This document shows, piece by piece, positions 53,571 through 64,000 of a DNA stretch of 64,000 nt. The stretch spans positions 248,001 through 312,000 of the forward strand of contig JASANG010003910.1 of the NCBI GenBank assembly GCA_030248215.1. Direction: 5' to 3'. The DNA is from Enoplolaimus lenunculus (lineage: Eukaryota). The position numbers were made by a program, and so were the translations under genes. Position 1 is the first letter of the stretch; each line of letters opens with the position of its first letter. Under the pieces are notes generated by a model. That model did not search any database, had not been told where the DNA came from, and saw only the letters and a list, made by a program, of their open reading frames with translations.

Positions 53571-55927
53571 ACTTAGGTAGTAAAAATGGTTAATTAGTTA
53601 ATTTTAGTCAATACCTGCATCAGCCTACAACCGTAGACCTGCCTCCGGCTCCGGTAGAATTTTTGCGGCAATTTCCGTTGTTAAATTTTGCAAAATTTTT
53701 CTGTTTAGCGCGTTTCGTTTTACTTTTGTCACAATTTTCATGAAAGAATTTTTGAAATTTCGCAACAACTTAAGTACATATTGGCAAATATTGGGTAAAA
53801 TTAATTAATTAAACATAATTTTTACTGCCTAACTTCGCCTCACCTCCGGCAAGTTTCGTTGACCTCCGGCTCATCTGTGAAATTTCGGAAATTTTTCCAG
53901 AAAATTGTGACAAAAGTACAACGATTGGCAAAATTTTACTACCGAAATTGCCGGGACCTCCGGCAAATATCTACCGGAGCCTGATTTTCTGCCAGAGACG
54001 GAGACAGACCTAGGTTGTACCCTGTGTTTGGTGCACATATATGTTCCGCTGGTAAACGGGACGTCCCTCAAAGTATGGTCCATTGTTCAATGATGTTGAA
54101 TAACGACATCTTAAAATTTCTTGTTACCAAAATATATTTTTAAATTTCGGAGACCAATTCCATAAAAAGTTCCTTTTGAATCAGATAGTTGCAGAAAGGT
54201 ATTAAAAATGAACGATTGACCTGAGTGGTTTTGAAACCTGTTAAGATTACAGGAATTTTTACTAATTATTATCGCTGAATACAAAACACAAGCAATAATT
54301 TATTTAGTATGCTACGACTAGAAAAATGAATAAGACTTACAATTTAACACTTCAACAAGAGCTGTAAACGGAAGCACCACTGGGTGACAAGGTCTGGGTT
54401 TCCGAAATTTTACTTGAGTATTTACTTAAATTTCGTTTACGTAATTACTTAAGTAGCCGACTTAAGTAAATACACAGCTTTTCGACAAAAACAAAATAAA
54501 TGCCATAATTGAAAAATGTGTCATAGCCAGAAAGCCTTAATTCTGCTTTATATGAAGAGGCCCGATCAGTTTACAATCTCAGTTAGACCAAGGTTAAAAC
54601 ACCTAACCTGGTGGTCTATAACACATTAAAATTGATCAGTCACTTAAGTATTTACTTAACTTAAGCACGCTCTTAGAAACTGCAAATTGGCTAAGTAAAT
54701 GCTTAGCACATACTTAAGTATGAAATCGTACTTCAGCAGGGTTTTAGAAACCCAATTAAGGATGTTGAGGCTTAAATTTAGGGACTAAATTTGGTCTTAA
54801 TGGAAAGATCCTTAGTCAACACCGACAAATAAGTTTATAAAAAATCAAACTGTCCCTGAAATGAGATTGCTTATTCAACATGATTTAAAAATAAACTTCT
54901 TTCAGGTTATATTGCTAGATTGAAAGGAACAATAGCAGAAACGTTAAATGCACCAATAATACTTGAAATAATTATGTCGCCAAATAGAAATCACGCTATT
55001 GTCTATGTGCTTTAGCACCTACAGCAGGTGGCAACAAAATTTCGCATTTAGCAAAAAATTGCTGTTTGGGTCCGTATGCGAAAAAACCAAATCGAACAAA
55101 GTTCTGCAATATATTTTTCAATTTTTGAGTAATAAAAATTGAAATAACTTGTTATATAAATCAAAAAAATCTCAGAACTAACGTCGAGCACGAAATAATT
55201 GCCGGAAATTTGCAAAACACAAGGTTCGGAGGCCGGCCCGGAAAATTAGCAATATCGGTGAATTCGTGGATTTGGCGCCACCCTGCCGTATACACATCCA
55301 AGCACCACATAGAAAACTATTGTCACTAGAAAACGCATGATGCCCAGTAAAAAGCTAAACATTTATGACACTAGAACGCGAACACTGATGAAAAACAGAC
55401 ATTATAGCACACGACTAATACAAATTAGCGCCCAGATAAGTGAACGTAAAGAAAAAATTACGTACTACTTAACAGCCCACTAATCGGTCGTTTTGCAGTT
55501 CAACGACGTCTACAATATTCCTGTGTTTTTCGCATGAAATCAAAAACCGTTATTCTCTCACAGTGTAGATTTTTTTCACAACACGATAATTTCGATACTT
55601 CAAAAGTATATCCGCTGCCGTTTTAAGTATATACGCGATCTACCAAAAAACCAAACCATCGCTTAAGTTGATGCTTGAGACTGCTTAATGTTACAAAAGA
55701 CCAGATGATTCTCCGTTGCTATTGAGCACACGTCTTGTATTTATGTATTAACCCGAGACGAAAGCCAACGCCTACAGCACTTTAATAACATACAGCGTTC
55801 AGGTTTGATGCAAAAAGAATCAAGACAAACATATAATACAGTAAGGCACAAGAGTTGCACTTCAGTAAAGTTTTAGTATAAGCAAAGTTTTAACATTGTA
55901 AGCAATATTAATTAAAATGGCTCTCAC

Positions 55928-58900
55928 TTAGCACCCAGGTTGACTCTTTTCGGTACGGCTCACTTTTTTTGACTTTTCTGTTGATTTAGGAGGCGGAGGA
56001 CCACCGGCTGCCATGTGTCTGCCATAGAGGCTGAAATGAAACGTGTTTCAATGAATAATTTCATGTAAAAAGGATGCCATGATGGTTTAGTGAGTCGATA
56101 TAACTTTAAATGCTCTATTTTCGGCACGTGTACTGATGATATTCGTGTTTGGTTGTCCACATAGTGTGTTTTATACATTAAAGTAAAATGGTGCGCAGCT
56201 GTACTAACTACAGAATATGAAGTACGAAACAACAGAAAACGTACAGCCGCCTTCTCAAAGATTCACTTACTATTTGTACGTTTCCGTTCTTATATAATCC
56301 ATGACATGAGAAACTCCGATCCTCAGCTGTTCAATAATAGGTGGGACCCATGGGTTGAAGTCCATTTTGAGCACGTGTTTGTCTCCGGTTAGATCCAGGT
56401 TGCCTAAAATAGAAAAACGTAGTGAGACATCTAACACATACCATATGTACCTAATTAGCAAACTAACAAATAACTAAACGACACTACATAACACTTTTGG
56501 ACGTGCTTCCTGTTTATAAGAACGTCAATGTGACAATGTTTTCATACCCTAAAAATCTCCTTGAAAAAGACTAACTAATCATTGAACAAGATTAACTAAT
56601 CACTCTGTTCTAAACAAATGGCTATTGGACGCAGGTAACCTTCATCCGTCAGCGCATAAGTTAGTTCTTATGAACACTGAATTATACACACAAAAACTGT
56701 TGCACTATTCCATCCCTACCGTGGCTTGGTAATAAACCAGACCTTAATCAAAGTTAACTGTCGATTTTCTCCAATAAAATTTACGCACAAGTAACGAAAT
56801 AGTCTCGTGCTTATTTTAAGAAAAAATGTGTCAAAGGACCTAAAAACTGTTTGTAAGAAAAACGAAAGCGTTAGTTGCACATATTCGAGATAGTATTGAT
56901 TGCAATGATGCCTGTGATTGTCACATAGCCAACACCAGTTAAGAACAAAACACACATTGCGACAAGATATCTATTGCACTCACACGTCAAAAATCAAATA
57001 TAATCATAAAACAGTATTAAACGGCAAAATTTTACCAATCTCTGGTGGAAGCACAGTTAAGCGGTTGCCTTGTATGTGTAATTCACGCAAACGCGTCAGC
57101 TGTCCAACTTCTTTTGGCAAGTACACGAGATCGTTTTCACGAAGCACCAACTGAAAAGACGAAATCAAACGACAGGTTGTTTAACCGACTGATCACAACA
57201 CAGCACATAAAACGTTCCCAAGCTGTGGTTATCATGAATTAAACTCGTGAACAACCATACAAATACAACCCCTTCAACACTGTGTAGAAGACAATTTAAT
57301 TGAATTAATCTTTTAACGCTACACACACCTTGCATCATTTTCCTTACAATTTGAAGATTTTTCAGATTGCATATGTCTGGAGGCAATGTTTCAAAATCGT
57401 TGTCTCCGAGGTATAATGCGCGAAGAGATTCTGTAAAATAAAATGTAAATTAACAAAATTCAAAACAAAACATTCGATGTGTCATGTATATTAACAACCG
57501 ACTAGTTTCAAAACAAATTTCTTTAATGTTTCAAGAAATGAAACAATTTACTAAGCACGGCAAGACTGAGTTGAGCATGTGCTATACTTACAATTAGTCT
57601 GCGTAACATACCCATCATAAAAAAGTTGCCAGGCAAACTTCGCTCTGACAAATTATTATACGTCAAGTCTAGAACTTCCAATGCCGGGAAGGCACCAAAA
57701 CCGCGAGGCAAATTCCAAAGGCGGTTCATTCTGAAAAAACACATTGGAATGACTACAAAATTTGTCTTAATTTGTCTGAATGGTTACGGCAAGAAATTTA
57801 AAAAGATTCAAAACGATTCACGGTTGTGGCTGTTCAAGTTTGTTCATATGAAACAAAAATATACAAATTTTTAAACGTTAGTGACCAGAATATTCAACTG
57901 GGACAGAGGGGGCTCAGGCATCTAAGAGATGCGCAAAGCTAGGCACAATTTCAAAGTTGATGTGTTCCAATGAAAATTTCAAGATTTGTGCAAAATGAAA
58001 CGGGTGATTCGATCCCTAGAACCTCAAGGAGTGAACTTACTGTGTGTAAAACTACGAAACGTATTAAACGTTTATGTAACATTCGCAAAACGTTCCTTGG
58101 ATTATGGATTGCGGATTTAGGCCATCAGATCCCAAGGACTGGGCTCCAGAACTTGTGTTTCTCGTTAACCGACATTTGTATACCGTATGCACTCAGCGGA
58201 TACCGGATATTTACGGTTGCGGTCCCGAATAACATATAACAGCTTTTTACATGTACGAATGCTAGACATATTGCTGCGACACCATAACTGGCACGTCAAG
58301 AGGTGACACTAATGTGAAATAAAACTACCAAACCATACTTCAGGTCAACGAACGTAAAAATTAACGCCATATCATCAAATTAACAATACTTTCTCAACTT
58401 ACCCCAAATTCAAAATCCGCAGCTTGGGTAATGATGAAATCGACGTAGGCAATTCCTGAAAACGAAGAGATAAATGTTTCGACGCACCAAGACAAGATCG
58501 GCGTGAATTATATTTAAGAAATAACTAAGAGCAAGTTTTCAAATTATTCAAGACCATGACATGACATCTTGGCCCCAAGACATTTTTAACCACTAAGTAA
58601 CTTTCAACCGTTCAGAATTCAAATGTGATATGTATAGACGAAAACCAAGATCGAGACCAGACGCAGGCCCAATCAGACTTCGATGCTTGAAAATGGTGCA
58701 TTCAATGTTTATATCATCGAGAGTGCATGAGAGTGCATGATACTCATAACAAGAGTATGAAACTCGGTACATTCTGTGTAGCAAAGAATGTACCCAGCGC
58801 GTTGCATTTTTGGCCGACCCCCATATTTAGGCGGAAATGGTTGGTTAAAACAACGAAATTGGAGAAAATGCTAATAAAATGCACGGTAAAAATTGTCCGA

Positions 58901-60263
58901 TGATATCCTTGAACTAATTATCATTTCGTCGTCTGTTTTATGTGTTAGATATCTAATCTGGACCCCCCTGAACTGAGGGGAGTACGGTAAAATGCAACGA
59001 GCTCTGGTACATTGACTGTCATGCTCCATACATATTTTAAGAAGTTGCACGCTGCTGTTGAAACAGTCGCTAACGACTTTTGATATCATCTATTGCCATA
59101 GCAAACAGCAAATATTGATATAAAAACTTAGTCCGCCGTGCATAAAGAACAATCTCAATTTGCTTACTTCAATATGATTGTTCCACAATGTTAAATGCTC
59201 AAGGTTGACCAAATCCGCAATACCAGGGGGCACTGCTATAATATTAGTACAAATTAAACTTGGGTAATTTATTACAAATAAATACATATACAACAACTGA
59301 ATGGACAAATTGGTTTATTACAACTTCGCTTTCACGTGCAACGAAAAAATTTCATCATTTATGATTGCAAAACCGCAATATATATACTACGCAGCACTGC
59401 ACCTTTTGAATGCACGTTATAAATCATTGTCCTTTACGGTTCACATGCTAAATGTCCCGCTGGCAAACTTTTTCAAACATGTTACCGTGAACTACGTATG
59501 CACAGGCACACGATGCAGTTTATATAGACGTACCTGTAATTTTATTGTGACTGAGCGTTAAGCGACTGAGGTTCCGCATATTGACTAAAATAAACAAAAA
59601 CTGACATGCTTTGCTGTTATGAAAGTACACATAGTAATAGGAGAGTATCGTTAGAAATGTTTATTTATGCTTGGTTTACATATGTTTTTCAAAAACTACG
59701 TAGGTTAGCACAAGTTATGCAAAGCTCAAACCTATTCATAGAAAGTCATTGACTTATTCTACTGTCAACACAAACCCGAAATATTCCATGTATTATACTA
59801 GAATTCCTAAAATTCGGATACGCTAAAATCAGGGTGCAACCGGAATTACAATTTAACGGGACCGGAACCGGAATTTGAAAATTTTACCGGAACCGGAATT
59901 CCGCATTTACGGTTTCAGTTAAACTGGTTAAATTCTTGGCTAAAACATACGTATTTATGCTACATCTTTGGCCAAAGCTATAAAAATATCGTCGTAGCTT
60001 GGCACTAAAACAGTCAAATATAAGCACCCTAAGTTAAACTTAAAATATTGATGCATTTGAAAAATGATTGCCTACGGCGCAAAACCATACAGCAGAAGTC
60101 TAATAGAATAATGAACAATTGTTTCCAATTTGTGCCATAAATCATTCAACTTACATATGTGCGAAATCTCTCCGAAGTTATGGTAGTTCTTGTCGACGTA
60201 ATCCAACTCGGTGCATTCACTGTCTTTTGTGTCGTCTCGCTTACCACCAAGTAATTTAGCCAT
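55928..60263 (-). CDS. rsu-1: Ras suppressor protein 1 (leucine-rich repeat protein), 9 exons, 277 aa
   Basis: Minus-strand exons 60263-60155, 59584-59534, 59235-59168, 58455-58403, 57730-57612, 57430-57348, 57150-57036, 56403-56271, 56030-55928 total 834 nt, all GT-AG and phase-consistent. Peptides LTLSHNKI, VPPGIADLVNLE, MNRL..LPRGFGAFPALEVLDLTYNNLSERSLPGNFF, LRELHIQGNRLTVLPPEI, NPWVPPI and YKYLYGRH are characteristic of RSU1. Confidence 0.96.
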
Positions 60264-60600
60264 AATGCCACCTTTTAATTCTCCAACGCTCAGAAAAAAA
60301 TATCGCAAACAATGCTCGTTTTAATTTTTAAAATACACAATACATATTTCACCCGTCTCCGTTGTAAAGATCCCAGAAACAAAAGCTCTCATTACAAAAT
60401 GGAACAACAGAAATTTCACATTTCAAACTGTCTCACTGCTCGTGTACTGTAAGCATGTAAGACATGCTTGTCCATGTATATATGCAAAATTGCATAATGC
60501 ATTGCACTACATAGTATGCTTGCCGGCAGCATACGGTCGACATATAGTCCGGCAGCATACGGTCGACATATAGTCGACGGTAGAAGCAGTTAGAGGGGCG

Positions 60601-60670
60601 GGCTACTTGGCGCAGTGGAAACACCGTCTGCCTGACACGCAGGTCGCTAGTTCGAAACCACCCATAACCA
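60601..60670 (+). ncRNA. tRNA-like Pol III unit in TRIM LTR (Val-like anticodon arm; probably not a decoding tRNA)
   Basis: A box TGGCGCAGTGG, arm TCTGC-CTGACAC-GCAGG, B box GTTCGAAAC, followed by a T6 run. A second, more degenerate copy lies at 60953-61024. Confidence 0.55.
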
Positions 60671-61063
60671 GTTTTTTCAACTGCTTGGTAAAAAGGTCCA
60701 CACCCCCGGTTCTTACCTAGACTACCATTAGGGCTACGCCGTGGATGCAGTGGTAAATTGATGCGCTGCGAACACGGTATCCAATCGAAAATAGGGTAGA
60801 CCGTCAAGGGACAACCTTGCTGAAAATTGGGGCATGCAAGCATGTGAGACATGCTTGTAAATGTGTATATGCAAAATGCATTACACTTCATAGTATGCTG
60901 GTCGGCAGCATACGGTCGACATATAGTCGAGATAGAAGCAGTTTGAGTGGCGGGTCACGTGTCGCAGTGGTAAAAGCGTCTGCCTGACAAAAGAAAGTCG
61001 CTAGTCCGAAACCACCCGTAACTCGCTTTCCCAGCAGCATGGTTAAAACTCTAAAGTCCCGGT

Positions 61064-61654
61064 TGTCAGTCTAGGTAGGGGCCGGGACAACAGACCCTTT
61101 ACTAAGCAGCTGGAAAAGCGGGCTAGAGCGGGGATCGAACTCTCAGCCTATGGATCTTTAAGCGAGCACTCTACCACTGCGCTACGTAGCCCGCCACTCC
61201 AACTGCCTTTTTCGTCGACTATATCTGTCGACCGTACACCACAATGTGCACTGCATTTATTGCATATGCACAAGGACAAGTATGTCTCGCATGCTTACAT
61301 GCCCTTAATTTCAACAAGGTTGTCCCTTGACCGTCCATCCTATTTTCGACTGGATACCGTAGCGCGGCAATTTGCCATTGCGCTCACGGCGTAGCCCCCA
61401 TGTCAGTCTAGGTAGGGGCCGGGACATCAGACCTTTTACTAAGCCGCTGGAAAAGCGGGCTAGAGCAGGGATCGAACTCTCAGCCTATCGATCCTTAAGC
61501 GAGCACTCTACCACTGCGCCACGTAGCCCGCCTGTCCAACTGCATTTTTCGTCGACTATATTTGTCGACCGTATGCTGCTAGCTAGCATACATACAGTGC
61601 ACTGCACTATATTGCATGTGCACATAACGGACAAGCATGTCTCACATGCTTACA
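61064..61654 (-). mobile_element. Inner TRIM of the same family, nested in the outer element's 3' LTR
   Basis: TGT...ACA termini; 5-bp TSD CCGGT (61059-61063 / 61655-61659). LTRs 61654-61401 and 61299-61064. PBS TGGGGGCTACGCCGTGAG directly follows the 5' LTR (61400-61383); purine-rich GAAATTAAGGGCA precedes the 3' LTR. Confidence 0.88.
61457..61528 (-). ncRNA. tRNA-like Pol III unit in inner TRIM LTR
   Basis: GGCTACG-TG-GCGCAGTGGTAGAGTGC...GAGTTCGATCC...TCTAGCC-C then GC and TTTT; 72 nt. Sister copy at 61120-61191. Confidence 0.55.
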
Positions 61655-62904
61655 CCGGTTCCTACCTAAACTGACATGTACCTAACGATATGCTTTGCAC
61701 GTAAATGACCTTTAATAACCTTTCCCGATTTTATGAGTTCATTCCGGCATAAGCCAAATCCATGCGGTTTGAAACTAAGGATTACTATTAACAAACTTTT
61801 TCTGCATAATTTTAAAATTTGCACAAGGACACATCAGACAGTGTTAAAGCTTATTGAGCGGCAACTGCGAATTGGGCTGACTTGTAATGCATCTGAAATT
61901 TGACTAGGAGAAAATCAAAACCCCATTTCTGCAACAAACGTAGTAAATAAACCTTACACAGTTAACATCTACTAGCTAAGACACGCCAGAGATTATGTAG
62001 CTTAAAAAATGATGTCTATATACTGAGACGCACTTACAGATTGACAAAATTCTCGTAAGTTTGCAGTTTTGCCTATGAGTCCGTACTACCAGTGAATATG
62101 ATGCTTTTGTTTTCTGGAACTAATGCATTTGTTTCAACGCGACAGCTAGTGGTCCCTTAAAACATTTTAAAAAGGCATTTTAAGTGCTACCGCCATCATC
62201 TAAACATCTTTGAAGTTACAGTGCTGTTTTGCACGCCAGTGTGCGTTATCCACCAGAGCATTAACCACAACCCAGCACTGCAAAATCCCATTCATTTTCC
62301 CTTCTGTGCTGAAACATAAAACATAAAGTTGTGGCTCCCTTAAACGACAAGACTCTTGAAGGTCACTCCGTGAATACTCGGTAACTCAAACGCCACATAG
62401 GTTCTACAATATATCGCACATAACTCTCTAAATATCTTATCTCACAACCTCAGTACAGTATCGCCACCCTAAACCTTCACATCGCGTGCAACTATGAAAA
62501 ATAACTAATCAAAACCGATACCTGTAGAAATAATAAAACCCACAATACTTACACCGCTAAAGCCGTCAGGCAGCAACTCCCTCCATGTACACCTGATCCT
62601 TCAATACCATCTCGCACTGAGCTTACGCTTTCGCGAACAGAAAGGTTAACTGGTTTCTTGAAATTTTTTAAGAATTTTTCGAATTCTTTCAAAAATAGTT
62701 CAAGACAATTAAATTTGCCAAAAAACTAGTTTTTTCTACAAATTTTGACTTTTAGTTTCGCTTAAAATCCACACAAAAAAACCAATTCGTCTTAAAACCT
62801 AAGTTTTAGGCTAAAATAGAAACTATAAAAACGTCTCAAAAATCTAAAGTGAGTACTTTATTTTGAAAACAAAGGAACAATCGAACATGACTGAGAAAAT
62901 TGGA

Positions 62905-63360
62905 GTTTTTAAATTTTCTACTTTTCCTGTTTTCTAAACAAACTTACGGTTCCAAATTTATCTACCTAACCAAGGAACACCTATGCGTTTGAATTTTCCA
63001 CGTTTCTCATTTTCCAAACAAAACCTTCGTTTAAGATTTTCCCTACCAACAAGGGGAAATCTGGGCGTAAAAGTTTTCCACTTATTCCGTTTTCCGAACC
63101 CGCTTACACCTCTAAATTTCCCTACCAACCAAAAGGAATCATATACCCATGCTTAAATTTTCCACTTTTCCGCTTTTGCCGTTTTCCGCACCGAACCACT
63201 CATCGCAATTCACCAGCCAGACCAACCAACTGTTCTTGCCCTATCAAACCTGGAGAAAACCTATACGTTTGACTTTTCCGATTTTCCCGGTTTCCGAACC
63301 TCGCCTATTTTCGCTTCTGTTGCACTCACGGTGCGCGAAAGTTTTTCTACCAACCAAAAA
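62905..63360. repeat. Degenerate ~80-bp pyrimidine-rich tandem repeat
   Basis: Recurring TTTTCCAC...TTTTCCGAACC...CCTACCAACCAA motifs, about 5 units. Confidence 0.55.
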
Positions 63361-64000
63361 GAATGACTCAAATCGATCTTGGACTTAATACGTCAGATCG
63401 GCGACTTCACTTTACGGTCGGAATGTTCGATGAAATTGAACCTGCCTGAGGAGCTTAAACTATCTCACTGCAAAACTACAACTGAAGCTAGAGATTTCGG
63501 TATCAACGACAATTCGTCGACCGACGACACGTCGACCGACAACTTGTAATCAGCGCTCGCGATTTTGAGGGAAGGACCCATCCCTGTCGGCCCGGCACTG
63601 GGTTTTAGAACGCTGTTGAGCGACAAGATGGCGGGCGCTGAATTGTCGTCGATTCGAAAACTTCACCCGCCGTTCATTACCTGGCTACACAGTATCCGGT
63701 GTAAAAACCATACACTTTAAATCAGAACTGGAAAACTTTAAGTAAAGGGTCGACTTAAGTCATAACTCTGCAACTCCGTTCAAACAGCGATTTTCGATTG
63801 ATTATACACTAGAATACATTGCTCTTCTTCGTATGTGAAAGTAAAACTTCTCTCGAACTGTCAGTTTGATAATTTTCGCAATCAAATCTAAAAGTAGTGA
63901 AAAATACCGATTTGGCGCCCGCCTCCCACTAGAACCACATCATCACCACACTGTGTAGTATAGCACTTTATTATGCCAGTTTTACTGCCACCATCTGGTT

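Larger units (their letters stand above)
60448..61676 (+). mobile_element. Outer miniature LTR retroelement (TRIM) with tRNA-like LTRs
   Basis: Starts TGT (60448) and ends ACA (61676), flanked by a perfect 5-bp TSD TGTAC (60443-60447 / 61677-61681). 5' LTR 60448-60727; ~107-bp internal region with a degenerate PBS (TTAGGGCTACGCCGTG) and a purine-rich tract; 3' LTR 60835-61063 resumes at 61660-61676 after a nested insertion. Confidence 0.85.

Noticed and set aside
60601..61528. Functional tRNA-Val/tRNA-Leu gene cluster
   Set aside because: T-stems and acceptor stems pair poorly, and all four units lie inside LTRs bounded by TSDs.
60448..61654. Single foldback transposon with long TIRs
   Set aside because: Two separate 5-bp TSD pairs and the resumed outer LTR at 61660-61676 show an antisense nested insertion instead.
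60433..61674. ORFs 60433-60891 (-) and 61372-61674 (+) as gag/pol remnants
   Set aside because: No retroelement protein motifs; these are chance ORFs across LTR sequence.

Overview
Repeat-rich animal genomic DNA, most likely a nematode: (TTAGGC)n tracts and TTTCAG-type splice acceptors are common. Three spliced genes can be reconstructed with phase-consistent GT-AG introns. They are the 3' exons of an L-type Ca2+ channel alpha-1 subunit (egl-19/CaV1-like, + strand, ~16.4-20.6 kb, with a candidate extra exon at 13.7-14.3 kb), a 7-exon aminergic class A GPCR (+, 42280-51317, ~758 aa) and a 9-exon Ras suppressor-1 (rsu-1, - strand, 60263-55928, 277 aa). The rest is dense with non-autonomous transposons (hAT-, Merlin-, P-, Tc1/mariner- and piggyBac-type MITEs, and Helitron/Helentron-like elements) plus a 4.4-kb 18-bp satellite. 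The most striking feature is at 60448-61676, just upstream of rsu-1. It is two nested miniature LTR retroelements (TRIMs), each with a perfect 5-bp target-site duplication, and every LTR carries a tRNA-like Pol III unit. The predicted acceptor stem of that unit matches the element's primer-binding site, which suggests the family may encode, or derive from, its own primer tRNA. All coordinates were read by eye; no database searches were run.
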